From Lingula anatina (Eukaryota > Animalia > Brachiopoda), in the NCBI GenBank assembly GCA_051362555.1, contig CM120644.1, positions 16,452,534 through 16,516,533 on the forward strand: 64,000 bases of DNA, given 5' to 3'. The notes beneath the pieces were generated by a model. The model had not been told where the DNA came from. It made no database searches and was given only the letters and a program-made list of their open reading frames with translations. Of this stretch, positions 39,143 through 51,614 are shown in pieces. Both the position numbers and the translations under genes were made by a program. Each line of letters opens with the position of its first letter. Position 1 is the stretch's first letter.

Positions 39143-39437
39143 GCTGTGTTTGTTGAATTAACAAAGTCCAAAAACCATCTCTGCACCATCACGTGCATTT
39201 TAGCAGTTAAATCATAGTTTCTACCCCGTACATCTTATCCTATAATCAGCCATGATTAATTACCTTTTCCCTGTACACCCTTAACCTCACCGAGCTAACC
39301 ATGAAACTGTCAACTGACATCTTTGTCAAGTGTCACGAGTCCCTTTGCCTCAAGGTTGACAGCATGGGAAGAAGATGTTCATCTCCGTTCACAATGGGGA
39401 AAGATAACTGATGTATGTTACGATCTGATTGACGTTA

Positions 39438-39631
39438 CAGGCCCGTAGCCAGCAATTTCAAAAGGGGGATTCGTTTTCGGAAAAAGTGGACCTTTTTTCC
39501 ATAAAAACATCATGTACCTAGATCCAATTTTACCCAGAGTGGACCTTTTCCCAGCAAAAGGGGCGGTTCTCTCGCCCCCCCCCCCCCCCAAGCACCCCCC
39601 CCCCCCCCCCCCCCCCCTGGATACGGGCCTG
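39438..39631. mobile_element. CAGG...CCTG MITE family; relatives at ~25222-25365 (opposite orientation), 57765-57919, and degraded at ~50630-50780 and ~60170-60320
   Basis: TIR CAGGCCCGTAGCCAG / CTGGATACGGGCCTG with CGTTA on both flanks. The core GTGGACCTTTT...CTAGAT...TTTACCCAGAG is shared across copies. Confidence 0.75.
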
Positions 39632-40317
39632 CGTTAATTTCAATTCAGTTTCTTTAAAGATTTTTGCTTCCGATATTCGTGGCCAGCTAGTTTGGGGTGA
39701 AAAGACGAAGGCTGCACATCTTGTACATAGAGTCGATTCAATGTATGCCAGTGGGTTGATATCTGAATAATTGATTGGCCGTGGATGGGTGCTGGATTCA
39801 AATGAGAGAGGGAAGGAAATGGGGTTCTTTCATTTACTACTCATTACTCACGAGTCCCTCGAAACCGAGCACATGGGGTTAATTAATTTTTTGCAATTTG
39901 TCAAAGCATCACGCTTTTGCATCTCCACGTTAAGGATTATTATAAATAGGCCTATATGTGTGTGTGTGTGTGTGTGTGTGTACATCTGGCCTAATGAGGT
40001 GCAAATGCCCCCTTACCCCCCCCTACACTGTGGGTCCTACGCTCATGCCCCCCTCCTCCCCGCCGTCTCTTACGTCATGCATTTATGCTTCACCAAAGAT
40101 TGATGTTATCAATATTACTGCACTCTGAATAACAGAATAAGTACAAAAGCAGATTATATGTCACTATGCAGCCCCAGTGACAAAATGAATGGAGAGAATG
40201 TAATGTGGATGAGTTTAAATGGAGTCAAAAGTATAGGGTCCTCCTATAAGTGAAATAGATAAATCACCAGTCAATGTAATACGAAAATTGAAATGGATTG
40301 TTTACAAATACATTGAT

Positions 40318-40362
<45 letters not shown>

Positions 40363-40656
40363 ATATATCAGTTTGATTGAATATGTTACCTTGGAGCTGC
40401 AGTTCGTCCAAACTGAAAAGGGTTTGGCATTTAATTATCATTGCGATAGAGAAGACGTCACAGCGCCCAGCACAATCGCTGATATCCTGATTGATAAATA
40501 ATTATTTTATTGCTGTCGTATCTCCAAATAGAAATCAAATGCCTTTCAGTCACTGGGGTCAACAGGATGTAAACTCAATGCAAAATTTTGAAAACGGTTT
40601 AGTCCTATTTCAATGAGGATGTTGAGTAACCTGACTTAAGCGTAAACGTCATCATT

Positions 40657-40870
40657 GACCCCATTTCCAGAGATTAGATCGATCTACTTTAGATCGACCT
40701 AACTCCCTCGGGGGTTCACGCTAGATAGCTGTCAGCCGAGCGGACACCAAAGTTAATTACCCCCTTACAGCTTGTAGTAGGCGGGACGGACATTTAAGCC
40801 GGATTATCTGACAGTAATCTAGTGAGACTCCCAGCGGGGATAGATCGATCTAAAAGCTCTGGGAATACAG
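40657..40870. mobile_element. Inverted copy of the 8167-8381 MITE
   Basis: Reverse-complement match to 8167-8381 (TTTAGATCGACCTAACTCCC...GTTAATTACCCCCTTACAGC...TAGGCGGGAC). Confidence 0.7.
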
Positions 40871-42211
40871 CCATTGTTTTCTAGACGAAACGTGTATTTC
40901 TTTACGCGATTTGTCAGACAAAAATAAAAGAAGTGATGTCCGACTTGAGCAATTTTATAAAAATATGCACAAGCTACTATTAGTCAGTTTATTTCACAAA
41001 TCGTGGTCACAATTTACAGAAAAACATGAAAATGTTGCCTTGTGTTGTAAAATGTGAACACCCCCTCTCGCCGACAAGGAAAGAATAGAATGGAGTTTAG
41101 TATCAGCTGGAAAATTTGTATTGATTAGTAATTTGAGTAAAGAGCAAACCCGGACCCTGTGCATTAAGAAAAGACTAACGAAAATCAGATTTTGCTGCTC
41201 TATTTCTCCTTCTCTTGAATCTCAAGAGGATTTATTCTGCTGAAATATCTACGGTTGACTTTTGAACTGCGTAAGTCGTTGTTCCTCGTAACCCCCCCCC
41301 CCCCCCCCCCCCCCAATACCTTCCCGCTCTCTCACCTTATTCACTTCTCATATATAGCGAGCGTAATGAAGATGACCCTATGCATGAACTTTGCTGGGCG
41401 CATCAGTGCTAGAAAAGTACCTGAAGAGAGTTTAAGTTATCTTCCCCGTCTCGTGCAGTATAAGAATGGATAAAAGAAATAAATTGATAGACACAATATA
41501 TATATACAGTATGTTGATTGATAATTTGCCGCTTTTAATCTGGGAGAATTTATCTCTGGTACCATAACCATATTCCAAACCTTCCTGATTCCCACCAGGC
41601 GTTGGACCTGCTGTCTTTTCCCTTATTCATACGAATTCTATTAAGTTTCACTTAGAACGACTTCCTGGTTCATGCATCTTTTGTTAAAGATTCTAAAAAT
41701 GAAGGTTTCGTGTACCTCGTCATATGTTTGAAAGAATCCTGCCATTCCCTTTGTGCGTCTGTTTTTTTCTCTAAATGAACAATGAAGACTTCCTGTCAAA
41801 CAATCCTGGGATAACCTGATTGGCTCATCTCCAAAGGTTTAAAACGCTCTGTGTGGTATATCAAATTCTTTCCTCAATCAACTGATACTCCCTTAAATTT
41901 AACCAGGTAGATGTGAAAATATTAACTTTGCTCCACCTGCCGATAACTAAAAGGAACCACTTAAAAGATACGGTGATGCAACAATACAGTGTAAAAACTT
42001 TAATGTTGACAACAAAAGACATGGCGCTCAGCCCTTTTCATAGCGGTTGTGTTAAAGGCAATGCCAAGGGGAAATTCTTCGCATTTTTTTTCGATTTTTT
42101 ACGTAAAAATTCAAACTGCGTATTAAGGGGATTTTGAGTAATCAGGTTAAAACAGCATCTTAAATTTGCAAACTAAAGAACTAAAATTCCTCGTTCGCTT
42201 GTTTCATAACC

Positions 42212-42372
42212 ATGGCATAAGTGGTGTGAGAGTGTGAGAGGTAAATTAACTTATGAAGAAATGCAAACAACCGTCCAGGGAAAAATCAGAATTACTACAG
42301 GTGCTGGAAAATAATGCTACTGAGGTACAAAAACGCGACGATAAAATACTTCAGCTGAAATAGATGATGATT
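42212..42372 (+). pseudogene. Truncated, stop-riddled paralog of the 56604 coiled-coil ORF
   Basis: Aligns with 56604-56753 (ATGGCA...AAGAAATGCAA...GAAAATAATGCTACTG...CGCGACG...CAGCTGAA...GATGATT) and shares upstream context (TTAAGGGGATTTT, CATCTTAA, TTCCTCGTTC). The third codon is TAA. Confidence 0.65.
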
Positions 42373-43323
42373 CTTCTTCTCCAGATATGGGCTTATTTTT
42401 GGCTTTACCGCTGAAAGTCAGATTGATTTTCCAAAAAAAAAAAACAAACAAAAAAAAAAACTCCTATTCTTAGCAAGGACCATTTACAGTAAGGGGACTC
42501 CCTTTGTATTTATAGTGTTTTTTGTAGCACCAAGGGAGTTTTCCACCCCTTCCCCAATCTTGCTAAAATATTTCTTGTACTTTGTCATAGAGAATAGCCA
42601 ATCAGGTAGCTTGTTGAACTTGAAGGGGAATACTCTTTCAGGAAGCTAAATCAAACACCGTTCAACACATATCCTCACATTAAGTTTATCATTCTTATTC
42701 AGAGTAGAAATACTAACACGTACTCAAAATTGAATTGGCCCTTTGAAACGGATGATGTTGCAGCTTTATGTTCATACTCATTATAAGGCAAGGAAAGGCA
42801 AAACCACCTGTAAAACTCGGATAGATAGGGCGTTAGAAGCACATGACAGCTAAGGGAAAGCTGGCCAGTTAACTGAGCACTAGGCCACATAAGGTTTTCT
42901 GGCATATAACACGACACTATCAACACCTCTCTGTGTGCGGTCATCACAGAGAACCATGCAGGTATTGATAGTCAGAAAGGTTTCATTTATGCTAGATCCT
43001 GAAATTTTATTTACCTGTTGACTGTTTCGTCTGTTCACTCTGACAGACTTGGTCACAACTGAATTACCTTTTCAGATCCTTAAAAGCCACAATCCCCTGA
43101 GATTCCTCAAGCAGTGTCTGTCGCTGCAGTAAAATATCTTAAATATCACCACCCCTACTTTTAACGCAAATACACCACCGAGGTCATATTCTTAATGTTG
43201 TGTAATTGAATCTTACTGGAAGGTTAAACATATTCGCCGGAACCTTTTTTAGAAATCAATCAACCGTTATACAGGTACTTTGTTATATGGAATGGCCAAG
43301 AAGGAAGTTTGCTGAACTTCAAA

Positions 43324-43333
43324 GGGAATTCCC
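43324..43333. promoter_or_regulatory. Palindromic NF-kB (kB) site GGGAATTCCC upstream of TLR-A
   Basis: Perfect palindrome AAAGGGAATTCCCTTT ~350 bp upstream of the ATG; matches GGGRNWYYCC and is retained upstream of all three TLRs. Confidence 0.6.
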
Positions 43334-43684
43334 TTTCGGGAAGATTAACCGAACACGGTAAATACCATTCAACAATAAAGCTAACACTATGTAGATCATT
43401 CTTATTTAGAATAGAAATACTAACACGCACTTAAGAATGAATTGGCCATAGGAAACGAATACTGTGGCGGCTTTATGTTCATGTTCGTTAGGCATAAAAG
43501 GTTAGGACTCACTGAAAAGAGGAATATTTAGGAAGTTAGAAAAAGTGTGCTTGCATGACAATTGAACACTGAGCCTCATAAAGCATTTTAGCATATAACA
43601 CGACACTGTCAACGTCACTCTGTGCGCAGTAGTCACGAGAGTAGTACCATACTGGTATCAACACTATAAAGCTAGATACAAATC

Positions 43685-45947
43685 ATGTATATTGCAACAG
43701 AAGCACCAGGGGGATACCTTTGCATTATATTATTTTTGTTGCTCTTTTGCAACGGTACTACGTGTAGTAGTGTTGATGGAGACAGTTTTGTAGAACAGTG
43801 TCCAAAGGAATGCCGCTGTTATAGCACGCCCCCATCCAACCACACAGTTGATTGCTCAGGGAGGTCCATCAGATCCATACCCCTGGGGATTCCACGTAAT
43901 ACAACAGTCTTAGACCTACGAAACATCGGTCTTTCTGAAATACCGCCATATACATTAAGTCATCTGGAGAATCTAAACACACTTTACCTTGGAGGAAATG
44001 ACATAACAGCGTTCAACGAGAACAGTTTTGCGGGTTTAAAGGCATTGGGATATTTGAATCTGTTTCCTATTCATCCAGGTATGAATATCGACTATAATGC
44101 CTTCCCTCCAACTTTGTTCCGTGAATTAACCTCGTTGAAAACCCTTCATATTGGTGGAATGGGTTCGGGTAAACATGTTCAACAAGATTACATAGATCGC
44201 ACAATAGCGCCATTACACAAGTTGGAGGAGTTGTTTTTATCTTATTTGCCTCATGGAAATGTATCATTTGGTCCTGGATATAGTAACCTATCGTCTCTGA
44301 AGACGCTGGTTTTCAAAATGCATTCAAGTGCTGTGACACAGTTGCAAAAAAATGCTTTCTTGTGGTTAAAAAACTGCTCAATCGAAAAACTTGCTTTTAT
44401 TGGCTATGACATTAACCGTGCAGAACCAGATATGTTATCTATTTTTCCACGTTTAAAAGAATTATATCTGGAGTGTAGTTCTTTTCTGTCGTCGCAGAAT
44501 GAAGAAGATTTTATTTGCGGCTTAGAGAACAACACATCAATTGAAACTATTCGCACAAAAAATGTTTTCCTAAGTTCTTCCTCACAATGGAGGATATCAG
44601 GGACAGCATTCAAATGCTTAGAAAATACGTCATTGAAAGCACTAGAATTGATTCACAACACCATAGAAGAATTTGACCTGTATAACTTGTATTATTTTCC
44701 GAATTTGGAGTATCTAGATCTGTCGAATAATCTTATTGTCTCTTTCCCATTAAATGGAAAGGAAATTTCTGGAAATTTCTTTGGCTATTTTATGCATTTT
44801 TCAGCACTGGTAGGGAACTTGAAGTACATGAGGATCGACAATAACTTGAGAAACAAAGATACGGCCTATAAACAATGTGACTTAACGCCTTCTTTATGGA
44901 AAGGCCACCCGTCATTCAAACTTAAAAAATACGTTCCAAGCTTGTTAAATGTAAAAGACGTGCCATCACCAATTTTTCGATTTTCTCTTCCTATTAATAT
45001 TGAATTCCTTTCGATTAGTTGGTGGCCAATTTTGGACAATAAACTTTCTGTTTCGTGCGTCTTTAAAGGGAACTTATATTTTTATCCAAATAATCTTCGC
45101 TTTTTTAGGATGGAAGGCATTGGTATCCGTTATATCCATTATGTGTTTTATGGATTGGACACTTTGGAGCATCTCGATGTTTCCCATAATATCCTCAACT
45201 GTCTTCCAAGAGATTTTTTCAATGGTCACTTTCCATCGTTGAGGTCCCTAAATCTTGGTGACAACAAACTAGGACCTTTAATAAGTGAGGGTGGGATACT
45301 TCCAGTAAAACTCCCAAGCTTAGAGTTTTTGGATTTATCACTGAATGAGATCAGGACCATCCCTAAGAACTTTTTTGAACACCTTGTCTCCCTTCAACGG
45401 CTGGTGCTGCACGGCAATTACCTGAATACGGTGTCGTTCAGTATGGTTAATTTCGTGTCTGTGGAATACATAGATCTGAGCAACAACAAACTACAGTCGT
45501 TTTCATCAGAAGAGATGGAAAATATTGAGAAACTAAATTCTAGCTTAAGTATTCATTTGAATATGACGAACAATCGTCTGGACTGCACCCTTTGCGATGG
45601 GGAGGAATTTCTTCAATGGCTTATTTTTGCAAATATGACAGTTACATTTTCCAACGACTCCGATTGCCCCATGAATGGTTCAAAAACAGGTCTGCGGAAT
45701 ACACTAAATGAACTTCGTGAGAAATGTGGTATTGGCTATCAGATAAAAAGTCCAAATCAGTGGCTGTCTCTCGGGATCTCCCTTTCTAGTATCCTTGGTG
45801 TGACATGCGGTTTAGTAGCAGCGTACATATATCGCTGGAATATCAAGTATGTGTTATATTCAGGGTTTATGTGGTTACGGATGTGATTATGACATCATAG
45901 TTGTGAATTATGTGTGTGTGTGTGTGTGTGGGTGTGTGTGTGTGTGC

Positions 45948-45997
<50 letters not shown>

Positions 45998-46696
45998 TGA
46001 GAGAAAAAGAATGAGAGAGACTGCAACATGTTAATAAAAATGTATATAAAATGCACCAAATATTATTGTACAAACTCTGTCATAAACACGTACAGGAGAA
46101 TAATCTTTAAATGTTTTTTTTTCTTCATGTGAAAAAAGCTCAGTTTAATTATCAAATGCGTCTTATATTTTAGATATCGACTATATCTACTTCGACGCCG
46201 GTTACGTAGACAAGGCTTCATTGCAACCCCGCCTGGTCACGTGTACATTTCATACGATGATGGTGATGACCAGTGGGTAGTGAATGAACTTTTACGTCAT
46301 TTAGAAGAGGAGAACGAGCTTGACGTCATTATAGATCAGAGGGATTTCATTGGTGGAGCATCTCTGGCTGAAGCTATCGTCGAAGCTGTGGATAACAGCA
46401 GGAAGACAGTTCTCGTTCTATCAGAAAACTCCGTGCTTAACTCGTGGTGTGAATTTGAGTTTGAAATGTCATTGGCTCGCGGCTACAATTCAGTGATACC
46501 AGTCATGTTTCAAACGGTTCCGTTTGATGCCATGACGAAATCACTTCGAAAATTCATCAAAGCAAGAGGCTATGTAAAATGGTCTGGCTCTCAAACTGGA
46601 CAGCGTATGTTTTGGAGACGTCTCATGGATGATATTCTTGACGTAAATAATCAACTTGTGCATGGTGGTGAAGGTGACGACACTGAAATGCTGTAA
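43685..46696 (+). CDS. Toll-like receptor A (single-cysteine-cluster/vertebrate-type architecture), ~894 aa
   Basis: Exons 43685-45846 and 46174-46696 (AA|GTATGT...TTTTAG|A restores RWNIKYRLYLLRRR). Signal peptide, LRR-NT CPKECRC, LRRs, LRR-CT (NRLDCTLCD...DCP...C), TM WLSLGISLSSILGVTCGLVAAYIY, and TIR (YISY, DQRDFIGG, SRKTVLVLS, SWCEFE, FWRRL). Confidence 0.95.
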
Positions 46697-47810
46697 AAAC
46701 CACACATTATATATGACAACTTGTATAGAAAAAATAAAAAAGAATAATTGGTATTGTCTGATATATCAAACTATGAATGATGTATTTTCGTTTTGTATCA
46801 GGTGACATCTCTATATCATTTTTTTTTTTTTTTTTTTTTTTTGCATTTGTGTTCATTTTCTAAATAGTGCACATAGTGCTTATCGCCAGCATAGTAATTG
46901 TAGTGCTTATTTCCCCGATAGTAGGAAGTCAGAATGGACCCGTGTGTTATATTTAATTTATATAATGATATTTCATTTCCCTATATCATTTATAGCCTTC
47001 TTTTATTATTTCCAACGTGAGAATCAGGCGCTTGATTTTACCCCCTTGTCATACCGGGGAGTGGAAAGTTGGGACTGTATGGACGGATGTATGTATGCAT
47101 ATGCCATATTTTTCTTTTGTACTAGCTACACTGTTATACATGTTGAATTTAAACGAACAGGATTTCTCTACATTAAGCCATTAGCTCTACAGTTTTGGAA
47201 ACAGCTAGCATTCGTTTTTCTTTATATAAAGACATGGGGAGAAAAAACACCTATAAATAACAGTTTGTTTTAAAATATATGGTAAGTGCAAGTGTATCTA
47301 ATGTGTAAAATAAAATCACTGCTTTGTATATGTATCAGAATCTGTTGCTTTACTACATTGTAACGTAGATATTGTTTAAACGGTAATATTAACGAAGGAA
47401 AGTCTCAGAATTAGTAGATGGTATGTGAAGGGGATGTCCTAGATCAAGGTACATATTATGATACTTACAGGTGTGGCATTTGAGATATACTTGTATTTCA
47501 TTACCTGTGATTTGTAAAATACATTAGAGGATGATACTTTTAAAGATGTTTAATGTTTAAAGAAAATACATGTAGACTGATTAAGTAACATTTACTAAAA
47601 TTATGTTAAATTAAAGATGGGATTCATTTGTGCCTTGATCTAAGATATCCACTGCACACGCCACACACTCGGTCAATTAATTTGGTCACTTAAATTGTCC
47701 ATTATGCTGTTAACAATGCAAAAACACCATAAGGAATGGACCCAGCCAGGGCGTAATAAACATGGGGTCTGGGCTTTTTATGCATGGGACTAGATTTGAT
47801 CCGGGTCTTT

Positions 47811-47874
<64 letters not shown>

Positions 47875-47877
<3 letters not shown>

Positions 47878-48955
47878 TGGACAAAAGAAGTGTCACCCCT
47901 ACTGAGCCAATACTATGGGGGAGATAAATGACTGTGGAATGATATGCTCCTGGTATCATTTCCTTAACATCAAATTTCACAAAAAATCACAAAATGAGAG
48001 CAAAATATACATTCTACCAAAATATGCAGTTTCAAGTCCAAAATTAGTACTTAGTGGCATAGCCACGCGACCTAATGAAAGGTGCCACTCTACGAAGCAA
48101 GGTTTCATATAATTGTCTGATGCGTTCAGGGCTTACGCTGGCCCAAGCATGAAACACTGAATATAACAGAGTTTCTCTGCTGGTTAGACGGGCATTTGTA
48201 AAAAGTTTTGACATATCATGCCACACATTTTCTTTTATGTTCGCATCCGGACTCTGGGCAGGCCACATCACCCTGCGAATGTCCTGTTGGTCAAACCAAT
48301 CATCAACTGCTCTGGGCCTGTGACAAGGAGCATTGTCATCCTGGTGAACAAATGGATAATTCCTGTCACCAAACATGTTAGTAATAGATGAGAGCAAACC
48401 TGACCCCAAAACATCAATATGTTTCTAGTGATTCATGTTTCCATTAACCACTATCAATTTGCCCAAGCCATGGATGCTGATGCAGCCCCACACCATGATG
48501 AATAAGCTGTTCCAGGTTCGAAAATTCAGTGCATGTGGTTCAAATGCTTTACCAGCAGTTTGCCAGCATAGTACCCGTATGTCATCAGAGGTCAGACCAA
48601 AGCGACACTCATCAGAAAAAAATATATAGGACCAACTGTCATGAACTGTCCAGTTCCAAATCCTGTTGACCCTAGTTTACTCGACGTTGCCTGTTTTGTA
48701 ACGATATAAGAGGTTTCAGTCTTGCTACCCTGTTGTACACTCTCTGAGCATGTAACCGACGCCTAGCAATTTTCACAGACACATTCTTATGTGTGAAATT
48801 GTTCCACTGTGTTGTCAACTGACAAGCAGTGTCGAGCTTTGACAACCTGGACATCAAAATTAGTCACATTATAAGTAGACCAGGCATTATAAGTACCCAA
48901 GATCTGCCTACTTTTATCACTCTGAGTTAGGGGGTGACACTTCTTTTGTCCAGTG
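47875..48955 (-). mobile_element. Degenerate Tc1/mariner (DD34E Tc1-like) transposon inserted at a (TA)n tract
   Basis: TIR ACTGGACAAAAGAAGTGTCACCCC / GGGGTGACACTTCTTTTGTCCAGT. Minus-strand transposase pieces ARLKPLIS, FSDECRF, HQDDNAPCH, WPAQSPDANIKENVW and RGYATKY are broken by stops and frameshifts. Confidence 0.92.
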
Positions 48956-51265
48956 TGTGTATATTGTCGATTTATATTTTGCAGTCACAAATATACCAAA
49001 TTCCTCTTAAGTCACTGCTTTATTAAAAATTCCGTTAAATGCTCAATGACCCAATTCGGATGAATTTGATACGACCTAGAACACGTCTTCCTGGTTCGTG
49101 CAAGTTTTGTTAAAGGGCCTTATAGATGTGAAAGTTATGTTAACCCCGTCATGTGTTTGGAAAATCTTGTTTTATTTACTTTTATGTGGCTGCCTATTTC
49201 CTTAGGAGTAAATGCACAATGGAGACTGCCTATCAAACAACCCCGGCTAAACCTGATTTGGTAACCTTCAACGGTGTAAAACGCTTTGGGTGCTGTGTAA
49301 ACATACTTTCCACAACCTGCCTGTGACTCATTTAAAATTAACCAGGAAGTTTTGATCATATCAACTTAGCTTCAACTGGTGGTAACTAGCAATTCACCCA
49401 TTATCTGAACCATTAATAAGATGCTGTGATGCTCCAATACAGGGGTTTTAAACATCAATACATGGATGTTATACATGAATACAGGGAAGTTATACACCAA
49501 AACAGGGATGTTATACTGGTACATCAACATCGACAACGATCGACAAAGACAACACAAATATAGTTTATATCACAACACGCACAGTCAGAGTTACTATATT
49601 TAGTGATACCACCGTGTTGATCAATCTAACTTTAAGATAGAAATTAACTGCGGAATGTTTCTATTTACCAAACAAATATATGTATAATAATAAATGTATA
49701 AACCGAAAGATTATCGGAAACATTCCAAACAATATTACACCGTATTGTAGTTCATTTTTCCATTTAAAAAGCGGAAAACTGGATGCTACAAGTATAAGGA
49801 AAATATTAAACAGTAACTTCTTTCAAAATGAACTATTTTTATTTATTACTTTACTTACTTTGAATGGAATAGTATAAATAATTATCAGATTTGATAATAA
49901 ATGCACGTATAAGGACATTATTTCAAGCCATTGTGGTAGTGACGTTCGATTCTCCATCACGCTATGTCTTATCGATAGCAATTGTGTTAAGGGTAATGTA
50001 AAGTGGAATTCCCATAAATTGTATTCGATTTTAAGAGAATGTTGTGCGTGTTTAATTGATCTGAAAAAGACACTGGACGTACGGAACTACTTCCATATCG
50101 AAGTAATTGGTAATGTGAGCTATTTACCAACTGCTAAGTACGCGGATATCATGCATTTTCAAGGTAGATTAATATTAATAATAATATAAAAAATTGAGAT
50201 TACATATAAAATCTTGTAACTTCCCTGCTGTGGTGAGAATACAACTCTCAACGTGAAGTATTTTATGGTTTGGGAAGGATAACATAACGCCAGGGAAGGA
50301 TGGCATTGCGTCACGTTCCACAGGGTTAAATTGGTGTAGTTAATAAAAGCAAGCATTTCAATTGGACAGACTTTTCATGGCATAAACGCGCCCCACTTAC
50401 AGGGTACCTGCAAGTCGTTGGTACCTGTTAATGCAACTAATATGCTTATTTATTCGTAGTATTCCTTTGCTTCGACAGTCTTGAGACAAGAAAAGTTATT
50501 TTGCTATATTTTACGTGCATAAACTGCTGTGGTATTTTTCGTTTTTGAACAGAATGATTTGATCAAATAAACAAGGGGTTAGTATAGAAAAGAACGCATT
50601 ATGTGACCTCGTTGGATGTTTGAAAGACACATAGGGGAAGAGGGGGGGTCGAATAAATCGTCCTTTTTGCCGGGAAGAGGTCATTCATGGACGAATTGGA
50701 TGCAGGTGCAGGCAGGTTTTGTGGTAAAAGTCCACTTTTTCAGCCTCTCTCCCCCGTTGAAATTGCTGGATATGGGCCTGAAAAAGCTTTTCTTTTAACA
50801 TTTGTCTCAATGTTTCTCTCTTTAGGGATAACAGATATTGGGGAATTCCCACCAAGCGGATAGGACAAGCTAACTGGCTTATTTTCAAGTGTGAGGTTCC
50901 TTTTTGGTTATATTCAAGGGTGCTTTTTTAATCCAACAAGTAGTACTTCGAGTATTTAAGTGAAGGTTGCTTATAATAAAACATTTTGACAATTGGTCTG
51001 GTGTGTGTGTGGGGGGGGGGGAGGGGGGAGATCCTTAAAAGCCATAATTAAAGCAGTGTCTGTCGCTGCAGTTAAATATCTTAAATATCATCACCCCTAC
51101 TTTTAACGCAAATACACCATCCAGGTCATATTCTTAATATTGTGCAATTGAATCTTACTGGAAGGTTGAACATATGCGCCGGAACCTTTTTTAGAAATAA
51201 ATCAACCGTTAAAAAGGTACTTTGTTATATGGAATGGCCAATAAGGAAGTTTGCTGAACTTCAAA

Positions 51266-51275
51266 GGGAATTCCC
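51266..51275. promoter_or_regulatory. kB site upstream of TLR-B (another GGGAATTCCC at 50841-50850)
   Basis: AAAGGGAATTCCCTTT ~340 bp before ATG 51615. Confidence 0.6.
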
Positions 51276-51614
51276 TTTCGGGAAGCTTAACCGAACACGG
51301 TAAATACGATTCAACAATAAATCTAACACTATGTTGATCATTCTTATTTAGAATAGTAATACTAACGCGTACTAAAGAATGAATTGGCTATATGACACGA
51401 ATGCTGTTTATGCTCGTTAGGCAAGGAAAGGTTAGGACTCATTGAAAAGAGGAATATTAAGGAAGTTAGAAAAAGTGTGCTTGCATGACAATTGAACACT
51501 GAGCCTCATAAGGCATTTTAGCATATAAGACGACACTGTCAACGTCACTCTGTGCGCAGTAGTCACGAGCGTAGTACCCTACTGGTACCAACACTATAAA
51601 GCTAGGTACAAATC

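Noticed and set aside
43665-43670. TATAAA just upstream of each TLR ATG
   Set aside because: Only ~15 bp from the start codon, too close for a TATA box that would yield a transcript including this ATG.
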